Below, piece by piece: positions 40,537 through 52,138 of a stretch of 64,000 bases of DNA (positions are counted from its first letter, which is position 1; every line of letters starts with the position of its first letter). The stretch comes from Ignavibacteriota bacterium (GTDB taxonomy: Bacteria > Bacteroidota > Ignavibacteria > UBA10030 > CAVZMI01). The DNA lies in the NCBI GenBank assembly GCA_963776275.1, contig CAVZMI010000018.1, positions 1 through 64,000 of the forward strand, written 5' to 3'. The notes beneath the pieces were generated by a model. It was not told where the DNA came from, ran no database searches, and worked only from the letters and a program-made list of their open reading frames with translations. The position numbers were made by a program, and so were the translations under genes.

Positions 40537-42336
40537 ATGGGTTTAGAATGGCAGCTTCCTGACCACCTCGAGCTATCGCCGGAGGAAATGCGCGCCAGGA
40601 TTATCGAAGCTCAGGGTTTCTCGGCGAGAGTCGGGACTCTCAGTGAAATCGCCCTCGAGATAGATGCTGCCGATTCTAAAGAAAGTATGCTGCGCGTTTT
40701 ACGCGAAGATGCGAAGTGGCTTATCGATCACGAATGCTGTTTTCTCTGCCTGGTTAATACAAACAGAACACATTATACGGTCAACACGCTTTCAGCGATT
40801 GCTGATTCGCTCGAGCTGAATCACAAGGTGTTTTCGCTTGAAATCGGAATGCCCGGGTGGGTTATAGCCAATCAAACCCCGATCATCGTCGATATCGAGT
40901 CAAGTCCTGCTTTCACACCTTCACTTGAAGGAAAGCTTGTCGCTGCTGGAATTAAGAGTCTCCTTATTGTACCTATGAAAACCGGCAGGGAGACCATTGG
41001 TTCCATCTGCTTTGGATCGGCCCGTCAGAATGCATACCTCGAACCCGATCTGTGGATCGCACAGCTTCTGAGTCTTCAGGCCGCGGTGTCTCTAGAAAAT
41101 CTCATGAAGATCGATCGTGCGAAGAAACGAATCTCACAGATCGAGCTGGTCAATAAAGTCGCGGCGTCACTTACTGCCACGCTCGAACTGGATGAGATGC
41201 TCACTTCGGCTGCTACGATTATACAAAAAAGCTTCAGTTATTTCGACGTTTCCATCTTTCTCCTGAACAGCGATGCCAATGAACTTGAACTCATTGCACA
41301 TGCCGGCAACTTCATCGATTTTCTCCCGCATGGGTTTCGTCAAAAAATAACGCAGGGAATCATCGGCTGGGTCGCTCAGCATGGAGAGCGTATTCTTGCG
41401 AACGATACATCGCAGGAACCCCGCTATCTTGCCTTTGGATATCACAACACAAATTCCGAGCTGGCTCTGCCGATAAAAATGAACGATGCTATCGTCGGCG
41501 TCCTTAATGTCGAGGATGTAAAGCTTCATGCATTCGATGAAACCGATGCAATCGTTCTCCAGAACCTCTGCGACCAGATCGCCAGCGTCATTCGCAATGC
41601 ACGCCTGTTCGAAGAGGTTCGCAAGGTCAACACGCGGCTGACGGAGATGGATAAGTTAAAATCGGAATTTGTCGGCATCGTTTCCCACGATTTCCGGACA
41701 CCACTGTCGAGCATCATGCTCGCGGCGCGTTCGCTCATCAAACGAGAGCCGTTTACGACAAATGAAAACCTTAAAGAATATCTCTCCATAATCATAGACC
41801 AGACCCAGAAGCTCAGTCAACTCGCCGAGGATACACTCTCGATAACGAAGATCGAATCGGGACAGCTCAGCTATTACTTCAAGATTGTAAATGTCGAACG
41901 GCTTATTAAAGATGCAATATCGCTAGTGCGGTTTTCACCACGCCACAACATCGAAATCGCCATCGACCCCAATGTACCGTATGTCAAAGGGGATCAAAAT
42001 AAGCTGCGGCAGGTGGTGCAAAATCTTATTTCCAATGCGGTGAAATACTCGCCAAGGGGAGGAAAGGTGACCGTCCGTGTCGAAGATCAATCGGACGAGC
42101 ATGTGCTATTCTCGATTGGCGACGAAGGGATTGGAATTGCACCAGAGAACATCGATAGACTCTTTAAGAAGTTCTCACGGATCGAAACGGCCGAGACCAG
42201 CGATATTAAAGGATCAGGACTGGGGCTCTGGATTTGCCATGAAATCGTCCGTGCCCACGGCGGCCGCATCTGGGTTGATAGTAAACCGGCCAAGGGAAGT
42301 ATTTTCTGCTTCACTCTTAAGAAGGCGGGAAACTAA
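40537..42336 (+). CDS. Cytoplasmic sensor histidine kinase with two GAF domains
   Basis: Two GAF-like segments (SLLIVPM, SELALPI); SHDFRTPL H-box; NLISNAVKYS, DEGIGI and GSGLGL. Confidence 0.92.
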   Translation: MGLEWQLPDHLELSPEEMRARIIEAQGFSARVGTLSEIALEIDAADSKESMLRVLREDAKWLIDHECCFLCLVNTNRTHYTVNTLSAIADSLELNHKVFSLEIGMPGWVIANQTPIIVDIESSPAFTPSLEGKLVAAGIKSLLIVPMKTGRETIGSICFGSARQNAYLEPDLWIAQLLSLQAAVSLENLMKIDRAKKRISQIELVNKVAASLTATLELDEMLTSAATIIQKSFSYFDVSIFLLNSDANELELIAHAGNFIDFLPHGFRQKITQGIIGWVAQHGERILANDTSQEPRYLAFGYHNTNSELALPIKMNDAIVGVLNVEDVKLHAFDETDAIVLQNLCDQIASVIRNARLFEEVRKVNTRLTEMDKLKSEFVGIVSHDFRTPLSSIMLAARSLIKREPFTTNENLKEYLSIIIDQTQKLSQLAEDTLSITKIESGQLSYYFKIVNVERLIKDAISLVRFSPRHNIEIAIDPNVPYVKGDQNKLRQVVQNLISNAVKYSPRGGKVTVRVEDQSDEHVLFSIGDEGIGIAPENIDRLFKKFSRIETAETSDIKGSGLGLWICHEIVRAHGGRIWVDSKPAKGSIFCFTLKKAGN

Positions 42337-42536
42337 AACATAGTCTTTCTGTCCCACATTATTTTTCTACGTTATACCCCCCACAACAAATTACTGAATT
42401 AGTCATTCTCGACCTTTTCCATGTGTATTGCACAACAACTGTTTTAATGCTTGATTTTCATAATTGCGATAAAGAATAAATATCTACGAAATATATAAAT
42501 TATCGCGTAATAAATTTTTATAAATCCCTTTCCGAT

Positions 42537-42866
42537 CTACTTTGACCCTACTCGCAGGCTATCGAGTTCTTGACCCGCCATCCGAAGTATTTCTTTCCAC
42601 TCCTCCGGTGTATTATGATAGAAAGATACCAGATCGCGAAAATCTTTCTCTGTTATCCCCCAGGCTGTAAAGAGCGAATCTATCTTTTGCCGCCTTATAT
42701 GAGCCAGAGAATCTGTGGTGGCGGGATATGTTACGGAGGTAAGCATTAAATGGGCGTAAAGTCTCGAAAAAGCCTCCTTGCTCATTTTTTCAGGCGGGTT
42801 TTTCTTGCATGAGGTGAATCCTATGCAAATAACGATTATGATGAGAATGGAAATACTGATTTTCAT
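42537..42866 (-). CDS. Small lipoprotein (DUF4296-like)
   Basis: FTSC lipobox; helical body with F......Y...PE.W. Confidence 0.6.
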   Translation of the reverse strand: MKISISILIIIVICIGFTSCKKNPPEKMSKEAFSRLYAHLMLTSVTYPATTDSLAHIRRQKIDSLFTAWGITEKDFRDLVSFYHNTPEEWKEILRMAGQELDSLRVGSK

Positions 42867-42957
42867 AAATTATGCAATTTTGATCAATTTTTAATGAAAA
42901 TATGGATAAAAATGACTAGAATCAACTAAAAAATACCATTTTTTGAAAAACTTTCTC

Positions 42958-42986
42958 TTGACTTTCGATACCGTTCTAAGTATATT
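42958..42986 (+). promoter_or_regulatory. Sigma70 promoter of the efp-accB-accC operon
   Basis: TTGACT-17bp-TATATT. Confidence 0.6.
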
Positions 42987-43061
42987 TTTAGCCCAACTTT
43001 GAGCTATCCAAATATCTGTCTTTTTTCCCTTAAATACGAGATAGAAATATTCTGAGGAGCC

Positions 43062-43628
43062 ATGGCAACAACATCCGATTTTCATTCAGGCATGACAATT
43101 CGCTATAAAAATGATCTGTTCACCGTCGTTGAATTCCAACATGTAAACCCGGGTAACTGGCGGGCGTTCGTACGGGTGAAGCTTAAAAACCTTAAATCCG
43201 GGAAGGTTTTTGAAGACCGTCTGCGCGCCGGTGAAACCATTGATGAAGTTCGTGTAGAACGAAAAGAATATCAATATCTGTATCATGACGGACAGGTATT
43301 ACAGTTTATGGATAAGGAAACTTATGATCAGATACCGGTTGAAGAAAAGATCATCGGTGAAGGGGCAAAATTTTTAAAAGATGGCGAGACAATTGAGCTG
43401 CTGATGAATGGATCGGATATCGTCGGCGTCGAATTGCCTATCACAGTAGAACTCAAAGTCGTCGAAACTGTACCCGGTGTAAAAGGCGATTCGGCAACTG
43501 GTGGAACAAAACCGGCAAAGGTAGAAAGCGGTGCGACCGTGAATGTCCCTTTATTCATCAACGAAGGCGACATAATCAAAGTCGATACACGGTCCGGAAA
43601 TTATATTGAACGTGTGAAGGCTGCATAA
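43062..43628 (+). CDS. efp: Elongation factor P (PGNWR loop)
   Basis: FQHVNPGNWRAFVR, PGVKGDSA..KPA and VPLFI..G..IKVDTR.G.Y..R. Confidence 0.96.
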   Translation: MATTSDFHSGMTIRYKNDLFTVVEFQHVNPGNWRAFVRVKLKNLKSGKVFEDRLRAGETIDEVRVERKEYQYLYHDGQVLQFMDKETYDQIPVEEKIIGEGAKFLKDGETIELLMNGSDIVGVELPITVELKVVETVPGVKGDSATGGTKPAKVESGATVNVPLFINEGDIIKVDTRSGNYIERVKAA

Positions 43629-43665
43629 TAATTTAACTGCAGTGTAACCACCATCAGGAGTTGGA

Positions 43666-44157
43666 ATGGATCTATCTTATCTGAAGAAGCTTATCAAACT
43701 CGTCGAGACGAGCGGCATCGGGGAATTAGAATTGGAAGAAGAGGGATCGAAAATCCGCATTGCAAAACCTCCGCACAATTCTTCTCCGGCGCCGGTACAA
43801 TCGCTCCCGGTTTCCACAGCATTTCATCAGAGCCCGCCGGTCATGCCGGCCGCCGCAACCCCGCACATATCAGCGGCGCCCGAAGAACCGATTCAACCCC
43901 CCGAAACCCAGGCAAACATTCATGAAGTAAAATCCCCGATTGTCGGCACATTCTACCGTGCACCCGCTCCCGACGCCGATCCCTATGTTCAGATAGGGCA
44001 GATCGTGGATGTTGGAACAGTACTATGCATCGTAGAAGCGATGAAGCTCATGAATGAAATCGAATCCGATATTGCCGGCCGCATTGTGAAGATTTGTGTC
44101 GAGAATGGCCAGCCGGTTGAGTACAATCAGACCCTTTTCCACATCGAGAAGGGGTAA
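43666..44157 (+). CDS. accB: Acetyl-CoA carboxylase biotin carboxyl carrier protein
   Basis: SPIVGTFY and EAMKLMNEI biotinylation motif; Pro/Ala linker. Confidence 0.96.
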   Translation: MDLSYLKKLIKLVETSGIGELELEEEGSKIRIAKPPHNSSPAPVQSLPVSTAFHQSPPVMPAAATPHISAAPEEPIQPPETQANIHEVKSPIVGTFYRAPAPDADPYVQIGQIVDVGTVLCIVEAMKLMNEIESDIAGRIVKICVENGQPVEYNQTLFHIEKG

Positions 44158-44161
44158 TCGT

Positions 44162-45502
44162 TTGTTTAAAAAAATTCTTATTGCCAACAGAGGCGAGATT
44201 GCACTTCGGATACTTCGAGCCTGTCATGAGTTGGGTATTAGAACTGTAGCAATCTACTCGGAAGCAGATCGATATTCGCTCCATGTCCGGTTTGCCGATG
44301 AAGCGGTCTGTATCGGCCCTCCGCCGATCAAAGAGAGTTACCTTAATGTGCCCCGGATTATCGCAGCGGCAGAAATCACGAATGCCGACGCAATCCATCC
44401 CGGTTATGGCTTCCTTTCCGAGAATGCCGCTTTTGCTGAAATTTGCAATTCGTCGGGACTTACCTTTATTGAGCCGAAGCCCGAAATGATTACTGCAATG
44501 GGTGATAAGGCACTCGCACGGGAGACTATGAAAAAAGCCGGCGTTCCGGTTATCCCGGGAAGCGACGGTGTAATAGGTGATTCCAAATCCGGATATGATC
44601 TTGCACATACAATAGGTTTCCCGGTTATCATCAAAGCATCGGCAGGCGGTGGCGGCCGGGGGATGCGTGTTGTTGGGACCGAGGCTGAATTCGAACGGGC
44701 GTTCCAGATGGCCAGCGCTGAGGCGGAATCGGTTTTTGGCAATCCTGCAGTATATATAGAAAAATATGTTGAAGAACCGCATCACGTCGAAATCCAAGTG
44801 CTGGGAGACAGGTTCGGGAATGTAGTTCATCTGGGTGAACGTGACTGCTCGATCCAGCGGCGTCATCAAAAGCTTATCGAAGAGTCGCCTTCCCCCGCCA
44901 TCGATGCTGCTTTACGTGGAATGATGGGCGCTGCGGCGATCAAAGGTGCGAAGAGTGTAAAATATCTCGGTGCCGGCACGATCGAATTTCTTGTCGATAA
45001 GTACAAGAATTTCTATTTTATGGAAATGAATACACGAATTCAGGTGGAACACCCCGTGACCGAGATGGTGACCGGCGTGGATTTAATTAAAGCGCAGATC
45101 GGTATTGCGGCAGGACAAAGGGTGTCATCGATAAAGTTTAAACAACATGGACATGCAATCGAGTGCCGGATCAATGCCGAAGATATTGCGCACGATTTTC
45201 GACCGACACCGGGACGGATTCAAAGTCTGCATCTTCCAGGCGGCTTTGGAGTTCGCGTCGACACCCATATCTATGACGGTTATGAGATTCCATCGTATTA
45301 TGATTCACTTGTAGCAAAATTAATAGTTCACGGCCGCGATCGTGAAGAGGCGCTGAATAAAATGGCAACTGCGCTCGATGAATTTATCGTCGAGGGAATT
45401 CCAACAACAATTCAGTTCCACCAGAAATTGCTACATGAGGAAGAATTTCGTAAAGGAAAATTCGACACATCGTTTCTGACACGCTTCTCATTCAAAGACT
45501 AA
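44162..45502 (+). CDS. accC: Biotin carboxylase
   Basis: [27 protein letters not shown] and [10 protein letters not shown]; TTG start at 44162. Confidence 0.96.
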   Translation: MFKKILIANRGEIALRILRACHELGIRTVAIYSEADRYSLHVRFADEAVCIGPPPIKESYLNVPRIIAAAEITNADAIHPGYGFLSENAAFAEICNSSGLTFIEPKPEMITAMGDKALARETMKKAGVPVIPGSDGVIGDSKSGYDLAHTIGFPVIIKASAGGGGRGMRVVGTEAEFERAFQMASAEAESVFGNPAVYIEKYVEEPHHVEIQVLGDRFGNVVHLGERDCSIQRRHQKLIEESPSPAIDAALRGMMGAAAIKGAKSVKYLGAGTIEFLVDKYKNFYFMEMNTRIQVEHPVTEMVTGVDLIKAQIGIAAGQRVSSIKFKQHGHAIECRINAEDIAHDFRPTPGRIQSLHLPGGFGVRVDTHIYDGYEIPSYYDSLVAKLIVHGRDREEALNKMATALDEFIVEGIPTTIQFHQKLLHEEEFRKGKFDTSFLTRFSFKD

Positions 45503-45512
45503 GGAGACTGCA

Positions 45513-45894
45513 ATGAATTTCCCGGCAGACCTGTATTACACAAAGGACCATGAATGGCTTCGTGTCGACGGTCCGATCAGCTTATATAGGCGTTACAGAT
45601 TATGCCCAGAGTGAACTCGGTAACGTCGTGTTCGTTCAGCTTCCCCCTGTTGGTACGACATTGAAACAACGACAGAGTTTCGGGACCATCGAAGCAGTGA
45701 AAGCAGTGACTGATATTTATGCCCCCGCATCGGGACCAATCATCGAAATCAACAAGAACCTGGAAAAATCGCCCGAGAGCGTCAATAAGGATCCTTATGG
45801 AGCCGGATGGATGTTGAAGATTACGCTGAACGATCCCGGTGAGTTGAAAAATCTTCTGACCGTTGAGCAATACAAAGCGTTAATAGGAAAGTAA
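45513..45894 (+). CDS. gcvH: Glycine cleavage system H protein, one +1 frameshift near 45575
   Basis: [15 protein letters not shown] joined to [18 protein letters not shown] (lipoyl Lys)..N.DPYG.GW; AAGGAG SD. Confidence 0.93.
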
Positions 45895-45896
45895 TA

Positions 45897-47231
45897 ATGA
45901 CATATTTTTCGAATACCGATCAGGATAGGAAAGAAATGCTCGAATCGATCGGTGTGCGATCGTTCGAAGAACTCCTCCGAAACATTCCTCCTGAAGCTCG
46001 TTTGAAAACCGGACTCCGGCTCCCCGCGGCACTCTCTGAATTTGAAATCACGAAAGAATTGAAACTACTTGGGGAAAAGAACCGTGATACCGGTGAATGG
46101 TTGACATTCCTTGGAGGCGGCGCGTACGATCATTACATTCCTGCGGCAATAGCTGCAATTACAAGTCGATCGGAGTTCTACACAGCGTACACGCCGTATC
46201 AAGCCGAAGTAAGTCAGGGAACACTCCAGGCTATCTACGAGTATCAGACGATGATCTGCCGACTTACAGGCATGGACGTCGCCAACGCTTCGATGTATGA
46301 CGGCGGAAGCGCGCTCTCCGAAGCCGTCCTTCTAGCGCTTGGACATACCGGACGCAGTGAAGTAGTAATGGCCGGTAAGATACATCCGCACTATCTCAAA
46401 GTCGTTCGTACATACACTGCAGCAAGAGACGCGCACATCGTTTTGTCGAACGTTGTCGACGGCGGCGCTGCGCTCGATTCGCTTGCAGAAATCGTATCGG
46501 CAAATACCGCATGCGTCGTTGTACAGCAGCCGAATTTCTATGGCATCCTGGAAGAAGTGCATGAAATCGAGAAAATTGCGCATAAATCCGGTGCGCTTTT
46601 CATAGTGGTCGCCGATCCAATCTCGCTCGGCATGCTCGAAGCTCCCGGTAATTACAATGCCGACGTTGTTGTGGGCGAGGGGCAGGGATTGGGAATTGCG
46701 CTCCAGTTTGGCGGGCCGTACCTCGGAATTTTTGCCGTGAAGGAATCTCTCCTGCGCAAACTCCCCGGACGACTATCGGGTATCACGGTTGATGCCGATG
46801 GAAGACGTGGATTTACACTTACTATACAGACGCGTGAACAACATATACGCCGGGAAAAAGCGACATCAAACATCTGTACAAACGAGGGTTTGATGATGTT
46901 GTGCGCAACGGTATATATGGCGTTGATGGGGAAGGAAGGCATATGCGACGTAGCGAGACAATCGGTTCAGAAAAGTCATTACCTGGCTGAAAAGATTGCA
47001 GCTGTGAAGGGGTACCGTATGAAATTCACAAGGCCGTTTTTCAAAGAGTTTGCCGTTGAGACTCCACGTCCGGCGTCGGAGATTGTGCATACGCTTTCCG
47101 AGCGTGGTATTCTGGCAGGAATCGATCTTGCCCGATTCGTCGACGGCGAGACCGGATTACTCATTGCTGTCACCGAAAAACGGACCAGAGAAGAGATGGA
47201 TAGGTTTGTGAACGAGCTCGCCTCGTTTTAG
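45897..47231 (+). CDS. gcvPA: Glycine dehydrogenase subunit 1
   Basis: [26 protein letters not shown] and [18 protein letters not shown]. Confidence 0.95.
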   Translation: MTYFSNTDQDRKEMLESIGVRSFEELLRNIPPEARLKTGLRLPAALSEFEITKELKLLGEKNRDTGEWLTFLGGGAYDHYIPAAIAAITSRSEFYTAYTPYQAEVSQGTLQAIYEYQTMICRLTGMDVANASMYDGGSALSEAVLLALGHTGRSEVVMAGKIHPHYLKVVRTYTAARDAHIVLSNVVDGGAALDSLAEIVSANTACVVVQQPNFYGILEEVHEIEKIAHKSGALFIVVADPISLGMLEAPGNYNADVVVGEGQGLGIALQFGGPYLGIFAVKESLLRKLPGRLSGITVDADGRRGFTLTIQTREQHIRREKATSNICTNEGLMMLCATVYMALMGKEGICDVARQSVQKSHYLAEKIAAVKGYRMKFTRPFFKEFAVETPRPASEIVHTLSERGILAGIDLARFVDGETGLLIAVTEKRTREEMDRFVNELASF

Positions 47232-47242
47232 GGAAAGAAGCC

Positions 47243-48787
47243 ATGCAGCATCCGGAAACGATACTGATTCTTGATTACGGATCTCAATATACGCAGCTGA
47301 TCGCACGTCGTGTACGTGAGTGCGGCGTATATTCCGAGATTCATCCTTTCAATATCACGTCCGATGAAATACGCCGTATTGATCCCTGCGGGATGATACT
47401 TTCGGGAAGGACCAGTCTAGTGTATACGGGCCGGATGCCCCGATTTCTACCGAAAAGATTTATTCTCTCGGCGTTCCGATTCTCGGTATCTGCTACGGTT
47501 TGCAGCTGATTGCCTATCAACTGGGAGGTGAAGTCGACCGGTCCGCGAAGCGCGAGTATGGAAAAGCGGAGATCGAGATCGACAATCATGAAGATCTGTT
47601 TGCCGGTCTGAGCGATCGTCTCACCGTCTGGATGAGTCACGGAGACGCGCTGACGAAGCTTCCGATTGGATTTAATCCGATCGGGCATTCGTCGAATTCG
47701 CCGATCTGCGCCATTAGGAATGCCGAACTGAAAATTTTCGGTGTTCAATTTCACCCTGAAGTTGTACATACGCCCAAAGGTCGCGATATCTTGATGAATT
47801 TTCTTTATAAAATCTGTGGCTGCAAGGGAGGGTGGAACGCGCGCTCGTTCATCGAGAGTGCAATTAGTGAAATTCGTTCCACGGTGGGTGAAGGACAGGT
47901 CATCTGTGCTCTGAGCGGCGGTGTCGACTCGTCGGTGGCGGCAGTATTGCTTCAAAAGGCGGTCAATGATCGCCTCCATTGCATTCACATCGATAACGGG
48001 CTGATGCGGAAGGGGGAAAGCGAGACCGTAGTGAAACTTTTCCGCGATACTTTTCATATCAATCTCATCTACGTTAACGCAACCGATCTCTTCCTCAGCC
48101 GTTTAGCGGGAATAATCGATCCCGAAAAGAAACGGAAAATCATCGGAAGTACTTTCATAGAAATTTTTGAAACGGAAGCGAAAAAAATCGGTTCCGTGCA
48201 TTTCCTCGCTCAAGGAACGCTATATCCTGATGTGATCGAATCGGTGTCGTTTAAAGGGCCTTCGGTTACGATCAAAACCCATCATAATGTCGGCGGACTG
48301 CCCGATATCATGAACTTGAAATTGATCGAACCTTTCAGGGAATTGTTCAAAGACGAAGTCCGGACAGTCGGGAGACAGCTTGCGCTTCCGGAAGAATTTC
48401 TAAAACGACATCCGTTTCCTGAACGGGACTAGCCGTAAGGATTCTCGGAGAGATTACAAAGGATCGTCTCGCAATTCTCCGTGAGGCAGAGGAAATCTTA
48501 ATTGAAGAAATTCGGAAAGCAAATCTGTATGATATTATCTGGCAGGCCTTCGCTGTGTTGTTGCCGGTCCGCTCGGTCGGTGTAATGGGGGACGAACGGG
48601 CAGCTACGATTATACGATCGCCCTGCGTGCTGTGTACAGCGTCGACGGCATGACGGCCGATTGGGCCCGGATACCCGACGATGTGCTGGCTAAGATATCA
48701 AACCGTATTTCAAATGAAGTCCGCGGTGTGAACCGTGTTGTATACGATATCAGCTCAAAACCTCCGGCGACGATCGAATGGGAATGA
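47243..48787 (+). CDS. guaA: GMP synthase (glutamine-hydrolysing), three apparent frameshifts (~47410, ~48422, ~48600)
   Basis: [37 protein letters not shown](GPG)LA, VGVMGD and KPPATIEWE* (stop 48785-48787). Confidence 0.95.
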
Positions 48788-49506
48788 TTCTTCTTTCACG
48801 GCTGACAAAAAAGTTTCAGGATCTGGTTGCCGTCGATGCACTCGATCTGCAGATCCAGCAGGGTGAATTCTTCGGATTCCTCGGTCCGAATGGCGCAGGA
48901 AAAACTACCACCATTAAAATGATGACCGGTTTGTTCGCTCCGACAAGCGGGAGTATTACGATCAATGGCTTCGATGTCCAGAAGGAGCCCCTGAAGGCAA
49001 AAATGAATATCGGTTATGTGCCGGATCAACCGTTCCTGTATGATAAACTGACGGGACGGGAGTTTCTATACTTCATGGGTGGTCTGTTTTCGATGTCGAA
49101 GACCGATATTGAGCGAAGAATTGCACAATTGATCGAACTGTTTGAAATCAATTCATGGATCGATAAAAGGACAGAAGATTATTCTCAGGGGATGCGTCAA
49201 CGGATAACGATCGGTTCGGCGCTTCTTCACGATCCGAAGGTCATCATTATTGACGAGCCGATGATCGGTCTGGATCCGCGGAGTGCAAAAATTGTAAAAG
49301 AGACATTAAAACGAAAGACGGTTGAAGAAGGATTAACGGTCTTCATGTCGACGCACAGTCTCCCGACTGTAGAAGAATTGTGTACTCGCGTTGGGATTAT
49401 TAATAATGGGCGATTGATTTTCGACAATTCGATTGATCAGATTCGCGCGCGCAAACTGGAAATCGGCGGCAAATTTGAGGATATCTTCCTCGCACTCACA
49501 AAATGA
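48784..49506 (+). CDS. ABC transporter ATP-binding protein
   Basis: [22 protein letters not shown] and STH. Confidence 0.95.
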   Translation: MILLSRLTKKFQDLVAVDALDLQIQQGEFFGFLGPNGAGKTTTIKMMTGLFAPTSGSITINGFDVQKEPLKAKMNIGYVPDQPFLYDKLTGREFLYFMGGLFSMSKTDIERRIAQLIELFEINSWIDKRTEDYSQGMRQRITIGSALLHDPKVIIIDEPMIGLDPRSAKIVKETLKRKTVEEGLTVFMSTHSLPTVEELCTRVGIINNGRLIFDNSIDQIRARKLEIGGKFEDIFLALTK

Positions 49507-49507
49507 T

Positions 49508-51196
49508 ATGCATCAGTTTCTCCTCATCCTGTATTATAAAGCTAAATCTTCCCTCCATGGTATTCTTGAGGGAAAAAGGGGCGGCACAACCAAGAACATC
49601 TCATCATTGATCATCTATGCCAGTTTTACAGTTGCCACCTTCCATTTTTCCCATTTCATCACTCATTACCTGCTCGATGTCTGGAGAATCGGTCTTTACC
49701 TTTTTCATCAATTTATGATAATGGGACTGTTTGTATTTTTCATGACCATCAGCCTGGGAAACATGATTGTATCGTATGCCACACTCTATCGATCGTACGA
49801 AGTAAATTTTTTAATGACCCAACCTATTTCCCATCAAAAAGTGTTTCTATTGAAATTCTTGGATAATTTTTTTTACAGTTCATCGACGCTCATTCTCATC
49901 GGTTGTGCGGTTCTTGGAGGATATGGTTCATATTTCGGGTTTCAGTGGTCGACGTTCGTCTTCTTAATGGTCGCAGTGCTGTTTCCATTCATGGTGATAG
50001 CCGCATGCATCGGTGTATCTCTTTTGCTCATGCTGCTGCTGTGGACACGGTACATCAACCCGCGGAAACTCATCGGGATCGTCATTTGTGGATATCTTCT
50101 CTGTGTCTATATCTACTTTCGGACCAATAATCCCTTCACGTTGGTTAATGAAGTGATGAAATATTATCCCAATATCGATCAATATTTTTTCCAAATCCAA
50201 CGTCCGTCATTATTGCTGTTACCGAATCAATGGGTCGGAGAGATTTTTTATTTTTGCGCGTACCGGTCCTTCTACGGCGCCATCCCGTTTCTTGTGTTGC
50301 TTATCGGGGTCTCCATTGGAATGGTCATCGGGGTATTTTTCATTGCGCGGAAATATTATTATCGAAGCTGGCTCCTTGCCATTGAACTCAGGGCTCATAC
50401 ACCGGGGCGTATTGCACGGTTGATTACTTTTTTTGGTTTCCGGTCGCGATCGTTCTGGGGGGCACAGACTGAGGTGATGTTGAAAAAAGAATGCTGGACA
50501 TTTTTACGTGAACCAAGCCAGTGGCTTCATCTCTTAATTCTTCTCTTCCTCACGTTCGTTTTTATATTTGGAGTAAGCGGAGCGCGCTATCGGGCGGGAA
50601 ATCCAACGTTACAGACCGTCTCGTATCTGACGATTTATCTTTTTAACGGCTTTCTGATTTCGTCCATGGCGCTGCGGTTTCTCTTTCCGTCGATCAGCCT
50701 TGAAGGGGAAATGCTCTGGACACTCCGTTCATCTCCGCTCCGGATGAACAAAGTGCTCTGGATGAAATTCGGGATCGGTTTAATTGGTGTGCTTGCTCTT
50801 GCGATTCCTCTCTCGTATCTCAGTATGTATCCATGGCGCTTATTTCCGCCTTTAGTGTGGTTTGCTGTCGGGAATGCAATCATCATGTCAGTCGGATTTG
50901 TCGGACTGAATTTAGGGATGGGGGGAGTGTTTGCAGATTTTCGCGAGAAAAATCCAGTTCGTATAGCTTCATCGCGAGGTGCTTCGTTGTCTTTCCTTTT
51001 GAGTCTCGGGTACCTCGCTGTTATTGTCATTGTAGCGATCGTTCCGATACGGGAATTCTATTTCCATGTTCTTCTCGGAACGCATCCATCTTCTATGAAT
51101 CTGGCGATCGGTAGCGGATTCACGGTTTTTATCACATATGTTATCATCGGGGGTGCCCTGAAAGCTGCACGGAGCGCTCTCCGCCGCGATGTGTGA
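49508..51196 (+). CDS. ABC-2-type exporter permease (many TM helices)
   Basis: Two hydrophobic halves; FLMTQP and SISLEGEMLW.LRSSP motifs; follows the ATPase gene. Confidence 0.8.
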   Translation: MHQFLLILYYKAKSSLHGILEGKRGGTTKNISSLIIYASFTVATFHFSHFITHYLLDVWRIGLYLFHQFMIMGLFVFFMTISLGNMIVSYATLYRSYEVNFLMTQPISHQKVFLLKFLDNFFYSSSTLILIGCAVLGGYGSYFGFQWSTFVFLMVAVLFPFMVIAACIGVSLLLMLLLWTRYINPRKLIGIVICGYLLCVYIYFRTNNPFTLVNEVMKYYPNIDQYFFQIQRPSLLLLPNQWVGEIFYFCAYRSFYGAIPFLVLLIGVSIGMVIGVFFIARKYYYRSWLLAIELRAHTPGRIARLITFFGFRSRSFWGAQTEVMLKKECWTFLREPSQWLHLLILLFLTFVFIFGVSGARYRAGNPTLQTVSYLTIYLFNGFLISSMALRFLFPSISLEGEMLWTLRSSPLRMNKVLWMKFGIGLIGVLALAIPLSYLSMYPWRLFPPLVWFAVGNAIIMSVGFVGLNLGMGGVFADFREKNPVRIASSRGASLSFLLSLGYLAVIVIVAIVPIREFYFHVLLGTHPSSMNLAIGSGFTVFITYVIIGGALKAARSALRRDV

Positions 51197-51259
51197 TATA
51201 CGCGGTTGCTTCTGAAATATAAATGTGTATTTTGTGTGCGAAACTGTTATTTCATTGCC

Positions 51260-52138
51260 ATGGATGACCTGTACCTTCAACCACTCTTCGACCGCGCCCG
51301 GGCCTGTGTAACGGAAGAAAAATTTCTTCATGCAGTCCAATTTTATCGCCGTATTCTCTCCGCAGATCGACGTAATGAAGATGCATATTTCGAGCTCTCC
51401 GCTCTTTTTGTGAAAATGAAAAATCCTTCTGCAGCTGCGCTGGTTCTCGAAGAAGCACTCTATAATTGCGGTGAAAATGCCGAGATTTTGTTCGCAATCG
51501 GCACATTTCATCTACAACAGGGAAACTCATCGAAAGCGCTGGAATTTTTCAAAAAATTGGAAGCTGCAAGAAAACCGGACGTATTTTTCAACATGGGACT
51601 TGCATACTCCAATCAGAACAATCCACGCTACGCCGAAAAGTACTTCCGCCTTGCGTATCACTATGATCCCACATTTCCTAAAATTCATGAAATTCTCGGC
51701 GAGTTGCTTCTCCAGCGAAAAGCGTACGCTGAAGCCATATCGTTTCTTCATAGGGCTCTTGAGGTGGATCAATACAGCTGGATGGCGCATTACCTTGTCG
51801 GTCAGTGTTACGCCGGAATCTACAACTGGAAGGCGGCGTTTGAGGAATTTACTATAGCAATCGATATGGGCGGGAATGAAGCTCAAATCTGGCAGCGGTG
51901 CGGACAATGCCTTCTTCAACTGCGACGATATGATGAGGCGGAACAGTATCTGAACAAAGCTCTCGGCCTCGATCCGCATCTGGCAGCTACCTACGCGGAT
52001 GTCGGGTTCCTCCATCTGTATCGCGGAGAAATAGATACCGCAATCATCAATTTTGAAACAGCACTTGCTCTTCAACCTGGATTCCCGCCGGCACTTGAAG
52101 GGAAACGCACTGCTTCTGTCATTCAACAACGTCAATGA
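51260..52138 (+). CDS. Tetratricopeptide-repeat protein
   Basis: Tandem TPR helices (A..F..A...P..., FFNMGLAY). Confidence 0.85.
   Translation: MDDLYLQPLFDRARACVTEEKFLHAVQFYRRILSADRRNEDAYFELSALFVKMKNPSAAALVLEEALYNCGENAEILFAIGTFHLQQGNSSKALEFFKKLEAARKPDVFFNMGLAYSNQNNPRYAEKYFRLAYHYDPTFPKIHEILGELLLQRKAYAEAISFLHRALEVDQYSWMAHYLVGQCYAGIYNWKAAFEEFTIAIDMGGNEAQIWQRCGQCLLQLRRYDEAEQYLNKALGLDPHLAATYADVGFLHLYRGEIDTAIINFETALALQPGFPPALEGKRTASVIQQRQ

Noticed and set aside
44048-44869. 273-aa ORF antisense to accC (likewise 47341-48057 versus guaA and 4596-5246 versus lon)
   Set aside because: Codon-symmetry shadows of housekeeping genes with no independent evidence
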